Positions 1 through 12,780 of a stretch of DNA of 64,000 bases are shown here, piece by piece. How positions within the stretch are numbered: position 1 is the stretch's first letter; each line of letters opens with the position of its first letter. The position numbers and the translations under genes were made by a program. This DNA comes from Octopus vulgaris (Eukaryota), in assembly GCA_951406725.2 (NCBI GenBank), contig OX597815.1, positions 16,058,001-16,122,000 on the forward strand, in the 5' to 3' direction. The notes under the pieces were generated by a model. The model ran no database searches and was not told where the DNA came from. It saw only the letters and a list, made by a program, of their open reading frames with translations.

Positions 1-667
1 AAAGATGATACTTTTGTATAATACAAACAAGAATTGATATAAATTTTTTCTATCAGCATAATTCATAATGTAGCTGAGGAATATGTGTTCTTTGTTGCAC
101 AATCAATTTTCATAAGTAATTGTTAGCTGCTGCATAATGAAGACAGAAAAAATAAAACAGAATTTTTAAATGACAAAAATTAAAGAAGCCTTTATGTGGT
201 CGCTGGACATGCTAAAATAGTAGACAAACTCTCCTCAATTAAAATTCAATGATCTTAAAATAGAAAGAACATACCAGAAAATGTAGTCCTAGATACACTG
301 TTTGAAAAACAAAAATTAAAAAACGAGAATGGCATAGTGGGCTGCCCTAGGTTAGACAACAGCAATACCCTTATTAACTCTTCCATGTTAGCATGGTTGG
401 TAGCAGTTCATCCTCATCATCATCGTTTAACATCCGTTTTCCATGCTAGCATGGGTTGGACAGTTCGACTGGGGTCGGGGAAGCCAGAAGGCTGCACCAG
501 GCTCCAGCCAGATCTGGCAGTGTTTCTACAGCTAAATGCCCTTCCTAACACCAATCACTCCATGAGTGTAGTGGGTGCTTTTTACATGCCACCGGCACAG
601 GTGCCAGAGGGAGCTGGCATAGTTGTTAATGTTGTTCTGACTCTAGGTAAGCTTTTAGCTGTTGCTG

Positions 668-1046
668 TTTGTTTGTTTGTTTGTTGAGCGAAGCAGTTTT
701 CATCCCAATAGTGGGAGAAGTCCGAACCATGGTCCTTTGCTATTCGTAAGACCCGCAGAAGAGAAAGCAGGTCAACCCCCTACACTGAGAGCATCGACAG
801 ATGGATGAATGCGCATCCAGGCTCAGCGGTTGCGTAGGAAGTCAGGGACAAGAGACAGGAAAAAAGGGTGAGAAAAAGTTGGGGTGAAAGAGTACAACAG
901 GGGTCGCCACCACCCCATGCCAGAGCCTCATAGAGCTTTAGGTGTTTTCGCTCAATAAACACACACAACGCCCAGCCTGGGAATCGAAACCGTAATCCTC
1001 CGACCGCGTGTCCGCTGCCCTAACCACTGGGCCATTGCGCCTCCAC
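668..1046 (-). mobile_element. SINE family B (tRNA-like head GTGGAGGCGCAATGGCCCAGTGGTTAGGG)
   Basis: A/B boxes. Related heads end at 3041 and 43315 and start at 31384. (CAAA)n tail. Confidence 0.8.
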
Positions 1047-1800
1047 TTGCTGTTGCTGTGTAACCCTAGTTGAACTCTGACTGGCAAAGTGAAGATTAAC
1101 AGCATTAAGCTCAGAAGTTTCAGAAAGCCTGCAAAGGTTATGGGCAACAAGTAAAAGAAATGTGAGGATAGGTATAACTTAGACTGAATTTGGTACTCAA
1201 TTGCTGATTATTTCACAAACTCTAGGTAGGTACGGTGAAAGGCAAAGTTGACTTCAGCGGAATTTGAACTAAGAGCATAAATGAATGCAACCATGCCTGT
1301 CATTGTTCATTCATAAATTAAGAACCTGGCATACAAAAGTGAGACTCTATTGAATAACTCTAATAAGACAAAAGCACATCTAAAGTTGTCACTGTAATTC
1401 TAAAGATGAAAGCACACTCCACTGTGTGCCTTCATTCATTTTTAATTAATATTGACTTTAAAGTTGTTTCCCCTACTTCTCTTAACCAGAATTAATCAAT
1501 AAACACACGTTTTTTTTTCTCCTCCTTATAGATCTAAGTTGATTAATTAAACATTATGCATTAAATATAAAGTGCAAATTGACAGAATCATTAAAGTGTT
1601 AGTTAGAAGGTTTTATAGTATTTGTTCTGGCTCTCTGCACTATGAGTTTAAAATCCCAATGAGATCAATTTTTGTCTTTCATTCTTTTGAGGTTGATAAA
1701 ATAGTAGTCAAGAACTGGTGTCACTTCTTTCTCCACCCTCCTCTCTCTCTCTCTTTCTGATGGATATAGCATACAAGATAGTGTCTTGTAAAAATACTCA

Positions 1801-1957
1801 AGGAGTGGCTGTGTGGTAAGTAGCTTGCTAACCAACCACATGGTTCCAGGTTCAGTCCCACTGCGTGACACCTTGGGCAAGTGTCTTCTGCTATAGCCTC
1901 GGGCTGACCAATGCCTTGTGAGTGGATTTGGTAGACAGAAACTGAAAGAAGCCTGTC

Positions 1958-2021
<64 letters not shown>

Positions 2022-2242
2022 ATATGTTTGTGTGTCTGTGTTTGTCCCCCCCCCCACCATCGCTTGACAACCGATGATGGTGTGTTTACGTCCCCGTCAC
2101 TTAGCGGTTCGGCATAAGAGACCGATAAAATAAGTACTGGCGTTACAAAGAATAAGTCCTGGGGTCGAGTTGCTCGATTAAAGGTGGTGCTCCAGCATGG
2201 CCGCAGTCAAATGACTGAAACAAGTAAAAGAGTAAAAAAGTA
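1801..2242 (+). mobile_element. SINE family A (tRNA-derived head, internal (TA)n/(TG)n, AAGAGT-type tail)
   Basis: Head GGCTGTGTGGTAAG...GGTTCAGTCCC (A/B-box-like). More than 10 similar copies in the window. Confidence 0.85.
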
Positions 2243-2250
2243 AAATGAAA

Positions 2251-3188
2251 GTAACTACTCTTGTATACTCCCAGAAAAATTCCACAATAAATTGACAGTA
2301 CTAATCAGGGGGGTCAGGGGTCACTATTGTTACTATTTGCCAGCACTCGTTTTTTTTAAATAAAGTTTACAATGTTCAGCTGTAATTGAACTGGCTTTCT
2401 GACATTCTTTATACACGCTTATCAAAAGCATACTGAAATGGATTCTCTTCATACATTAAAATCACAGAACACGCACTCCTAAATACTGAACATCACTCAC
2501 TAAAAAATGTAATGGGTTCATGGAACAGGTAAACTTGTAGAAAAATGCCTTGCAGTGGATGGAAGCACTCCGTCGGTTCCGACGACGAGGGTTCTGGTTG
2601 ATCCGATCAACGGAACAGCCTGCTCGTGAAATTAACGTGTAAGTGGCTGAGCACTCCACAGACACGTGTCGGTTCCGACGACGAGGGTTCCGGTTGATCC
2701 AATCAACGGAACAGCCTGTTCATGAAATCAACGTGTAAGTGTGACTGAGCACTCCACAGACACGTGTACCCTTAACGTAGTTCTCGGGGATATTCAACGT
2801 GACACAGAGAGTGACAAGGCCAGCCCTTTGAAATACAGGTACAACAGAAACAAGAAGTAAGAGTGAGAGAAAGTTGTGGTGAAAGAGTACAGCAGGGATC
2901 ACCACCATCCCCTGCTGGAGCCGCGTGGAGCTTTAGGTGTTTTCGCTCAATAAACACTCACAACGCCCGGTCTGGGAATCGAAACCACGATCCTATGACT
3001 GTGAGTCCGCTGCCCTAACCACTGGGCCATTGCGCCTCCACAATGCCTTGCAGTATTTAGTTAAGCAAAGACAAATATATATAGTGTCCTTTCTTTGCAC
3101 TATCAAGTCAACAAATGTCCCCTGACCTCCTTGACTAGAACTGTCAATTTATTGTGGAATTTTTCTGGGAGTATACAAGAGTAGTTAC
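2251..3188. mobile_element. MITE/non-autonomous DNA transposon with about 70-bp TIRs
   Basis: 2251-2320 is the near-perfect reverse complement of 3119-3188. Contains a SINE B insertion. TSD unclear. Confidence 0.7.
2557..3041 (-). mobile_element. SINE family B with 13-bp TSD and internal 96-bp tandem duplication
   Basis: TSD AATGCCTTGCAGT at 2544-2556 and 3042-3054. Duplicated units start at 2574 and 2670. Confidence 0.88.
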
Positions 3189-3946
3189 GGTGGCACGTAA
3201 AAAGCACCCAATACACTCACTGAGTGGTTGGCATTAGGAAGGGCATCCAGCTGTAGAAACTCTGCCAGATCAGACTGAAGCCTGGTGCAGCCTCCTGGCT
3301 TCCTAGACCCCGGTCGAACCGTCCAACCCATGCTAGCACGGAAAACGGACATTAAACGACGATAATGATGATGATGATGATGATGATGATTTTGTCCCAA
3401 TTTTGCAAATCCACTGAGTAAGCATTCTGCTGGTCACTCTACTGATTCTACAGAGTTTCTACAGCTGGATGCCCTTCCTAATGCCAAACACTCAGTGAGT
3501 GTAGTGGGTGCTTTTTACATGCCAGGGGAAGCTGGCAGTGGCCATGATCAGTTGGTGCTTTTTACATGCCACTGGCACAGAAGCCAGTCAAGGCAGCACT
3601 GGCATCAGCCATGTTTGGATGGTGCTTTTAACGTGCCACCAACACAGGTATCACAACTACAATTTCCATTTGATATTTATTTTGATGTTGATGTACTTGA
3701 CTCAACAGGTCTCCTCAAGCACAGCAGGTCATGTTCCAGCTCTTTACATTCCAAATTGAAACCCCGCTGAGGTCAATTTACCTTTCATTCTCCTAAATTT
3801 GATCAAATAAAGAACCAGTCAAATACTGAGGTGGATTTAATCGCCTACATCTCTTCCTTCCCAAATTTGTGGCCTTGTTGCTATGTTAGAAACAAAAGTA
3901 TTATTTTACACACAGCTTGCACTACAGGACATTCTTTTCCTGGCAC

Positions 3947-4412
3947 AGGAGTGGCTGTGTGGTAAGTAGCTTGCTTACCAACCACATGGTTCCGGGTTCA
4001 GTCCCACTCTGTGGCACCTTGGGCAAGTGTCTTCTACTATAGCCTTGGGACGACCAAAGCCTTGTGAGTGGATTTGGTAGACGGAAACTGAAAGAAGCCC
4101 GTCGTATATATATGTGTCCAACCCATGCTAGCATGGAGAACGGACGTTAAACGACGATGATGATGATGATGTATATAAGTGTGTGTGTGTGTGTGTGTGT
4201 GTTTGTGTGTCTGTGTTTGTCCCCCTAGCATTGCTTGACAACCGATGTTGGTGTGTTTATGTCCCTGTAACTTAGCAGTTCGGCAAAAGAGACCGATAGA
4301 ATAAGTACTGGGCTTACAAAGAATAAGTCCCGGGGTCGATTTGCTCGACTAAAGGCGGTGCTCCAGCATGGCCACAGTCGAATGACTGAAACAAGTAAAA
4401 GAGTAAAAGAGT
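3947..4412 (+). mobile_element. SINE family A containing a short RTE tail (about 4115-4171)
   Basis: Similar to 1801-2242. Confidence 0.85.
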
Positions 4413-4767
4413 AACTGTCGATTGGCGACCCCCACCGTTCCATCCCCTTCCAAAAGTGCTGAGTAGCACAGAGGTTACCAGGAAATTTCTAAGTGTTTTT
4501 TTGTTTTTGCTTTTGTTTTTGTTTTTTGTCTTCACTATAGCTCGTTTTTCACATCTCTCACATGTAGATACTACAAAGGGTAGTTGTAGCCACCCAACGA
4601 TTATTTTATCTTTTATCTTTTATTTGTTCTGCACTTTCTTCTTTGTCCAATTTCTTATCTGTTTAATCGGGCGAAACTAACGCAAATAGAAAAACAGAAA
4701 AAGTGCGAGCGATTAATAGATACGAAACTAAGCTGTAAAATAAGCGACTTGTTACAATGTTTAAATG

Positions 4768-4806
4768 GTCTCCATGACAACGTCTGTTGACATGCAACAA
4801 TGGCGG
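4768..4806 (+). promoter_or_regulatory. Tandem RFX X-box-like motifs plus a YY1-like motif
   Basis: GTCTCCATGACAAC (4768-4781) and GTTGACATGCAAC (4786-4798) versus X-box GTTGCCATGGCAAC. AATGGCGG at 4799-4806. About 110-145 bp upstream of the putative ATG. Confidence 0.65.
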
Positions 4807-4842
4807 TGAATAGCGGGATTGTAAACAGTAATTAAATTTGAT

Positions 4843-4843
4843 C

Positions 4844-4878
<35 letters not shown>

Positions 4879-4910
4879 GAGCGCGCGCGTGAGAGAGAGA
4901 GAGAGAGAGA
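4843..4910 (+). repeat. (GA)n tract interrupted by GCGCGCGCG in the putative 5' UTR
   Basis: Direct inspection. Confidence 0.9.
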
Positions 4911-4912
4911 CA

Positions 4913-4942
4913 ATGTTAAAGATGGACAGTCAAAAGCGGCCA
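4913..4942 (+). CDS. CCDC181: CCDC181-like gene, putative coding exon 1 (MLKMDSQKRP)
   Basis: ATG at 4913 and GTAAG donor at 4943 (phase 0, compatible with exon 2). Lies in a CpG-retaining region just downstream of X-box-like motifs. Short exon, so the link across the 21.8-kb intron is inferred. Confidence 0.55.
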
Positions 4943-7200
4943 GTAAGCAAGTTTATTCATTTTGTTCTTTTGTTAACTTCCACTTAGATTGTTTATTACA
5001 GCCCACCTCAATTTGACAGTTTTTGTCTCGAATATTCTACTAAATATCCGTTTTCTCTCGAACATATATGTGTATATAAATACTTCAATTACCTTTTTCT
5101 TGTTTTTCGTTCTCGGTTTTATTCATTTATATCTTCCTTTTTTTGTTCTTTCTATATTTATCCCTTTTTTTTTTACCCTCACCTTTTCCCCTTTTTTTTT
5201 CTCTATATTTACGTGCTCCCTTTCAATTTTCTCCCTTTCAATTCAATCATTCCGCTAAGCATCTTCTCGTTCATTCACCTTCCTTTTTATATGAAATTAG
5301 AATCCTATAGTTTTTCTTTAATCAAGCGTTTTGATATATCTATTGGAATTCAGAAATTTAATTAAAAGTATATAAAAAAATATATATATATAAATCCTCA
5401 GAAGACAAATCCATGACATGATTAAAAATTAAATCTATTAATTCATTAAAATACCATAATTAGTTAATAAAGAATAATAATAGTAATGGTGATCATTATG
5501 ATAGTGGTGCTTTGACAAAAAGTAACCAAAAGTAATTATACAATATATATTAAAACTATGGTTTTGACGCCTAAAGTCGTCCCTGAAACATTATGGATGT
5601 CTATATACACAAGCTGGACAAATATCTATGCTGCAAAATATAATATGCAAGCTTATTGTTTAGCAGTCCTAACCGCAAGCAAACCAGAAAAGCATTCCAA
5701 CTGTGAGTATTCTGTCTTTTTTTACTTTGATGGTGCTCCACTACGTTATCTAATATACTACACCTGATTTTCTCCCCTCCATACACACGCAAGCATGTAT
5801 CTGACCCATACACTGTTCACTTCCCAGACATTTGTACATTACTGCATATGCTTTATACGCACTTTTGACAAGTTGTGGTGCACCTGAGCACTATATACAA
5901 TAATTTCATTATTATTATTATTATCATTATTATTATTCCCTTTTTAAGAAAAGATTTTGAGAAAAGATTTGGCTGCTATTTCTAGCAGGTAGTGTTGTTA
6001 CTAACCTATGGGAAGACATTCTATGTAGGTCTGTTCAGTTTAATGATAAGGTGAGACCCACAGGTTCAGTGCCCCAGACATACCATACTTCTTTCTTGAG
6101 GATCATATTGCACATTGACATACTGTGATTTGTCATATGGAGTTCAGTCAGAGCATTGTTGTGGCTTCATTGTTGTCCAATCTGTTTTTTTATTCCTGTA
6201 AGTTCTGATAATGGCTACAGTGCAAATAGGCAAAGCATAAGTGTGACAGTTTAACGTCCTGGGTATGATATTAAACTGTATCCATCCGGTGGTGAAGCTG
6301 CAGTTCGGGAGTTGTAGAGTTGTGGGGAGTGTGGAGTTTCTCCTTAGTTACCATCATTCCCAAGTCCATACTGATCCAGAATGGTAGGACCTGTGAGGGT
6401 ACCATCTATGGGTTTAATAGATTTTTGTAAGAGTAGATCAAACCCCTTAGCTGTGGTGAAAGCAATCAGTCTAAGAGAAGGACAACTCCAAGATTAATAC
6501 CCTCTTCCAACATATCCTAAGCAAGCACAGAAGAGTACGGTTGATGAAACTAACATGAGACATGGTTAATAACATAGATTCAAACTATGAAGGCAACTAT
6601 CTCATGTTGGGGCACATTTTTCCACAGGCGGAAATAGTGAGAAATGATGATAGTTGCTAGGGACTTATGAATCTATGAGTGCTGTTGATATTTATATATG
6701 AATATATTTTGGAGGAGTTGTGGTATTCTGTCTAAGTGCTGTCATAGTGGACTTAAAAAGAGAAGACTGGTTTAAGTCCTAAAACAAAATGGTTATGATA
6801 TCACCATTATCATCCTGCCAATGCACTGTCATTGTAGAACTATTGTGCACAACCACTATCGTTCTATTTTTATCCAGTGCTTGAGTGTCAGTCTAATGTC
6901 TCAGAAATTACTGAAGTTACCAGAGCACAATTACTTTTAGCAATGATTACTAACAAAAGAGTGTTTCTAAGATTTCAATTTTTTTTTTTTTTTTTTTTTT
7001 TGCCAATTTTGTAAATACTAAGTAGACAATCAAGTTCTATTCAACTTGTCATGTTCTGCATGAGCTTTGAGTTATATTGGAAAATGGAATGTTGCAAAAG
7101 AAATCCAAATATTGATCACATATCTAGAGATATATTGGACATAATTTCTTAATTAGGTTATGGTTATAACAGTAGTATGAAATACATTCAAATACTGACC

Positions 7201-7273
<73 letters not shown>

Positions 7274-7276
7274 CAC

Positions 7277-7307
<31 letters not shown>

Positions 7308-7338
7308 GGTTTGGAGATGATGTACAGGTATTTTATAT

Positions 7339-7566
7339 TAGAAGAAATGAGGTACTCAGAAATCTGGATGGTTTTATATTTACAGATATTTATTTGTATA
7401 TTACATGTTTTTATACATCATATATCATATATTAGCACTTTCGCCCATTCTAGTGGAGTTTTCAAAGCGCTAATATATGATATATGATGTATAAAAACAT
7501 GTATCATACTAATAAATATCTGTAAATATAAAACCAACTGGATTTCTGAGTACCTCATCTCTTCTA
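7339..7566. repeat. Foldback (palindromic) element, about 100-bp arms
   Basis: 7339-7441 is the reverse complement of 7464-7566. Flanked by microsatellites. Confidence 0.9.
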
Positions 7567-7567
7567 G

Positions 7568-7601
<34 letters not shown>

Positions 7602-8129
7602 CATAGCAACATATATTTCATGCATACCTGTGTGCGTACACATGCATGTGCACACACACACAGCAGTTTATAGTAACTCAGTTTCTCTCAGACATTTGTA
7701 GCTAAAATAATTTGAATCATAAAATGCACTGAAATATTAACCATAAATATAGAGAAATTTTGATAGTTGCTAGAGCAACATATGTTGAAATACTGACCAT
7801 ATATCAAGAGAAATATGGTTACACACATAGATACAAAGCAAAAGTGGGATGTATTAGAGTAAAATGAATTACTATAGTTTCACTCTAGACAAAATTAGGA
7901 TTATCTCTTGAATATATCATAAATTCTGATGTTTTATCATCAGTTTTGTTTATAACAATTATCCTACTCTCCATAATTCTGCACATTTATGAATTTACAA
8001 AATAATTGAACCAAATCAAATCCACTGCTTGAGGTGAATTGGTGTCAAACTACTGGCAAAAATATCACTGGTTCAAATCTTGTCATCATCCCTATACCGT
8101 ATATCTGGCAAATATATTTATTGTTCATG

Positions 8130-8460
8130 TATGAATTCAATGGATGTGCAATGTCAATGTGCATGTATGGCAAAGTACAAATGTGCATAGAGAAAGTTTG
8201 GGCATAAAAGGCATCAGATGTGTTGTGCAAGAGAGAAGATTGCACTGCTATGGTCATGTGATGTGGGTGGATGAGGACAGCTGTATAAATAAGTGCAGAT
8301 CACTAAACATAGAAAGAACATGTGGAAGAGGCAGACCTAGGAAGATGTAGGACAAAGTGGTAGAGACTGACCTCAAGATATTGACCCTCTCAGAGGAGAT
8401 GACAAGGGACTGAAATGAATGGGATTATGCTGTGCTTGAGAAGACCTGTCCATGTCAGAA
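8130..8460 (+). mobile_element. RTE LINE ORF C-terminal remnant (related pieces at about 14760-15260 +, 21000-21500 -, 24130-25050 -, 41440-41795 +, 51215-51705 +)
   Basis: RRLHCYGHV...GRGRPRK, typical of the RTE C-terminus. LYADDLV at about 41527. Confidence 0.8.
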
Positions 8461-10234
8461 GAATTGAGGCTCGTCAATCCTTCCTGCGCACTTCATCTCC
8501 TATTTTCTTCACTCCCCACTACACTGGACTGATATCCTCTGCATCCAGATTATTCCCTATCTCTCTAATCATCAACCACACTCTTTTCGTTCAGTGCACT
8601 TTTTACTTTGTCTTATTCACGTTGTACCTGGACTTCACATCTCTTTCTTCCTCTCCCTTTCACTTTCCAAGTGAACAAGCCATGTGTTCGCTTTTTCGGC
8701 AAGACGCCTGCTCCTGTCACTCTGCCATAGTTTCTTTCTCCAGTCTATACCCTACTCATTTGAGGGGTCTTATCTTGCAGCTCTTTGATAACTTCACCAG
8801 TGCTGGTGTCATGTGAAAAGCACCCAGTACACTCTGAGAAGTGGTTGGCATTAGGAAGGACATCCATTTGTAGAAAGTCAACATAGAACCTGGTGGAGCT
8901 CTCTTGTCAAACTGTCCAACCCATGCCAGCATGGAAAAGGGGACAGGAAATAATGGTGATGACTCAATGTAGCTCTTCAAGAAGAGAAGAGAACTTTAAA
9001 ATTGATGAGTGTTTTGTTACATGCAATGTTGAGTTCAGATCTGTTCATCATAGAAAACCTGACCTCACTATACAGAAGAAAGTCCCAGAGGAAGTGGAAT
9101 GTAGTATACGTGATAGGAGGAAAAAAGATGCATGAAACCAGTAACCTAGGATCGTTTAGGCTATTGTACAAGTGGTAAGAAGAGTTTCCCCTTAACAGAC
9201 AGCTACTATACATACATCATTCACAACCTTTAATGACTACCATACTGTACCTTATGCAATTGGGTGTGACTTTCGCTCTCTTCCCTACATACAATAAGCT
9301 ATGAATGCCACACTCTACCTCACGCATAGCCTGACTGCTACACATGTCTTCACTACCATACAGCATTCCACATAACTTGAGCTCACTGTTTCTCTGTACC
9401 TCACACAACTCATTTCCACAAATATACTACATCTCACGCATTATGACCTGACTACTACATTGTACCCTAGACAATATGGTTTGATACCCATTCTATTTCA
9501 CACAATACATGACTGGCTTCCATGCCGGTGGCACATAAAAAGCACCATCTGAACATGGCCAATGCCAGCGCCGCCTTGACTGACTTCCATGCCGGTGGCA
9601 TGTAAAAAGCACCAATCTGATCGTGGCCATTGCCAGCCTCGTCTGACACCTGTGCCAGTGGCACGTAAAAAGCACCCACTACACTCACAGAGTGGTTGGC
9701 GTTTGGAAGGGCATCCAGCTGTAGAAACACTGCCAGATCAGACTGGAGCCTGGTGCAGCCTTCTGGCTTCCCAGATCCCAGTCGAACCGTCCAACCCATG
9801 CTAGCATGGAGAACGGATGTTAAACGATGATGATGATGATGATGATGACAACATGAGCTGACTACTATGGTGTACTCTATATAATATGATGTAACTGTCA
9901 TTCTATACACCATAGAAGACCTGACTGTTGCTCTGTTCCCAACAAGCCACTCACTGAATGGTGAAGGGTGCAGAATGGTTTCAGGGTAGACTGAAGCATA
10001 AAATATCCAGATTGATAAACCTGTGATATGCTACGTGTTCAATTTACTATTGTGTTATCATAAGCCTACCCAAATACAGCTGATTAGAAGTATCCAACAA
10101 CGACTACTGTAAAAATTACAATAATTTTTCATTTTTGGCTTATGTGTATGTCCTATGAACTGTAAAGCATTTACTGAGAAATAATGCTGATAATTATTAA
10201 ATCTCAGAACGAGATGTAAACAGTAACCGCTCGA

Positions 10235-10505
10235 CAATGTAAAGTATACTAGCCATCTCAATATAGCTAAACACTAAGGGTGGGTGTTTCTGTAGCTTTT
10301 AGCCCCAGGAGATCATCGTCTCCAGCTGGCTTTAAGTGATACTTAGGTTTACGAGAGAGGGATGACCTCCCTTTGCAAATACCATAAGGGCACAGAAAGT
10401 GTGCCTAAAGCCAGCTGAAGACGATGATCTCCTGGGGCTAAAAGCTTCAGTAACACCCGCCCTTTGTGGTTAGCCATATTGAGATGGCTAGTATACTTTA
10501 CAATG
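10235..10505. repeat. Foldback element, about 100-bp arms
   Basis: 10235-10334 is the reverse complement of 10406-10505. Confidence 0.9.
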
Positions 10506-11266
10506 CTGATAATGTTTTAATTATATTCCAGTTCCATTAAGATCTGTCACCAACTTAATTAGGTTGTCTGTTCTAAATTAGTCTCTTTATTCATTAATTC
10601 CAGCATACGATCTTTTGACAACAATCTCGTTAAAAAAATAACAAGTGGCCTGTCTTTGCTGTGGTGACCATCAAAATCTACAGGCATACAAAATTAAAAT
10701 GGATGATGGAGAGGGTGCAACATGTCTAAACTGTCATACTGCACTCTATACAATTAACTGCTGCATGTCAGAATATGTAGTATGGTTCTCAGCTAAGTGA
10801 AGGTATGGTTTCTTTGGAATCATAGATCTGTAAGTCACACCTGACTGACATAGCTTTGCTCAATCATGGCTAACCTGGACTACATTGCAAAAAACCACAA
10901 GAACTATATGCTGTGTACTTAATACTTTATTATCATTATTTTAATTATTTCAAGACTTTCTGCATGCTAAATGGTTTGCATAGTTGTGTAAATTTAAATA
11001 TTTGTGTGACTAATTTAAGCACTTAATTTGGGATGTATATCCACAGATGAGAAATAATCAGAAGACATTTCCCCAATGGACACAGATATTACAAATAATT
11101 TGACAAAAACAGTATAAAAGTTATCATCAGTTGCAAGCCCAATATAGAAACCATAACACTATAAAGAAATTATTGTCAGAGAATTATTAGTAGTGCAGGT
11201 GAACTGGACACTAAACACATAACAACTGTCCAAACAGTGATGATCTATGAAGAGTATTATTATACA

Positions 11267-11646
11267 CTAGCAGTATCGCCCGGCGTTGCTCGGGTTTGTA
11301 AGAGAAATAACTATATAAGCATTTTTAGAGATGTAAAGTATAATAGCCATCTCAATATGGTTAACCACAAAGGGGGAGGGGGTTACTGTAGCTTTTTACG
11401 TTCTGAGATTTAATAAATTTTTAGAGAGTTACTTCCCTTATATATGCAAAAAATGGGGAAAATTGATGGTAAATTTTTTTTTAAATCATAGACTCATCGT
11501 AGACGTGCGCTAATACCCAGAATGACTCGATATGAATCACGACTATAAGATACCCGGTTTTGGTTAAACTGCACCGCAATGTGGGAGTAGTTAAGAAATC
11601 TAAATCGCAGGAGACAGACACACAACCTCTCTTTTATATATAAAGA
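11267..11646 (-). mobile_element. Non-autonomous Helitron
   Basis: Minus strand: A|TC start, subterminal hairpin CCCGAGCAACGCCGGG, CTAG|T end, no TSD. Confidence 0.85.
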
Positions 11647-11856
11647 TTACCAGCATAACACCAAATAACAATAAACAAGCCAGGTTCATTGAATCGATGC
11701 AAAACTCAAGCGAAACCATTGCCTTCTACACACAACTTCCATTATCCATGTTAGGTGTGGAATATAATAACTTTATGTAAATATATCTAATAATATAAAA
11801 GGAATGGCAACTGCAAATTAAAGATCAAATAGTTATAGAGTCTGGACGAAAAACAT

Positions 11857-12780
11857 TACTGTAAATCCTCGAGTATAATCCGCATTTTTTCCCCAAAATT
11901 TAAAGGTCAAAATCCCTAATGCATACTATATACAAGGTTAAAAATGAAAAATATTTTCTAAGCAATGTCCGAATCTCTATTTGCTGTCCGGTAATGTTTA
12001 TTTAGATGCATTTTGTGATGTCGGGCGCGAAAATACCTTAAGCTAAGCCTGAAAGCAATGAAGTCATAAAAGAATCATCTATAACTTGCAGTAAGCAACA
12101 TTTATTAAAATAAAAGTATTCAAAACACAGAATAACATGTAGCAAAAACAATTTGCAAGCATAATTACATTTCCATATAACAATTAAGGGCATCACCATT
12201 ATTGTATTACGCATGCGCGGAAGTGTTTGTTTGACTAGGTGCTGTTGGCTTAATTACACACAAATTGTGCTTAATAGTTTAGCCCTAAATAGTTCATCCT
12301 GCTGTTTGTATTGGCAGTTTGCTTTACCGTGGCAAACAATAGATACTTAATTAAATACCAGTTTTAAATGTTTGAACTACTGTGGGTCTTTACTAGGGTT
12401 TTTCATAAGCAGGACTTAAACCTGTACATTAATCTCCAATAAAACATTTTATACATTACATGCTCATAAAATACCTCGTAGATCTTATTCAGCTATGTTT
12501 AAACTTGAAGTTATATCATATGCTGAAGAGCATGGTAATAGGGCCACCGGAAGAAAATTTGATGTTGACGAAAGCAATGTCAGGTTATGGAGAAGAAATA
12601 AAGATGAAATTATACAGATACCAAAGATAAAGGAGGCAAGAAGGCAATAATAAAGGACGTTACCGTATACATTTTTACAAACCAAGGACGTTATATAGAC
12701 CTCCTTGACTCAAGTTAGAGAAGGGGTGCGTATTATACACAAGCTCTTAGATATCTCCATAACAGCCATATGAAACCATC
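11857..12780 (+). mobile_element. Deleted pogo/Tigger-like DNA transposon with a Brinker-type HTH remnant
   Basis: TA+CTGTAAATCCTCGAGTATAATCCGCA terminus. About 12465-12650 translates to KIPRRSYSAMFKLEVISYAEEHGNRATGRKFDVDESNVRLWRR (POGK-like DNA-binding domain). Right TIR not seen. Confidence 0.75.

Noticed and set aside
337-687. Recurrent small ORFs (MGWTV...[17 protein letters not shown]...) across the window
   Set aside because: Chance translations of SINE and RTE-tail copies. Frames are not conserved between copies.
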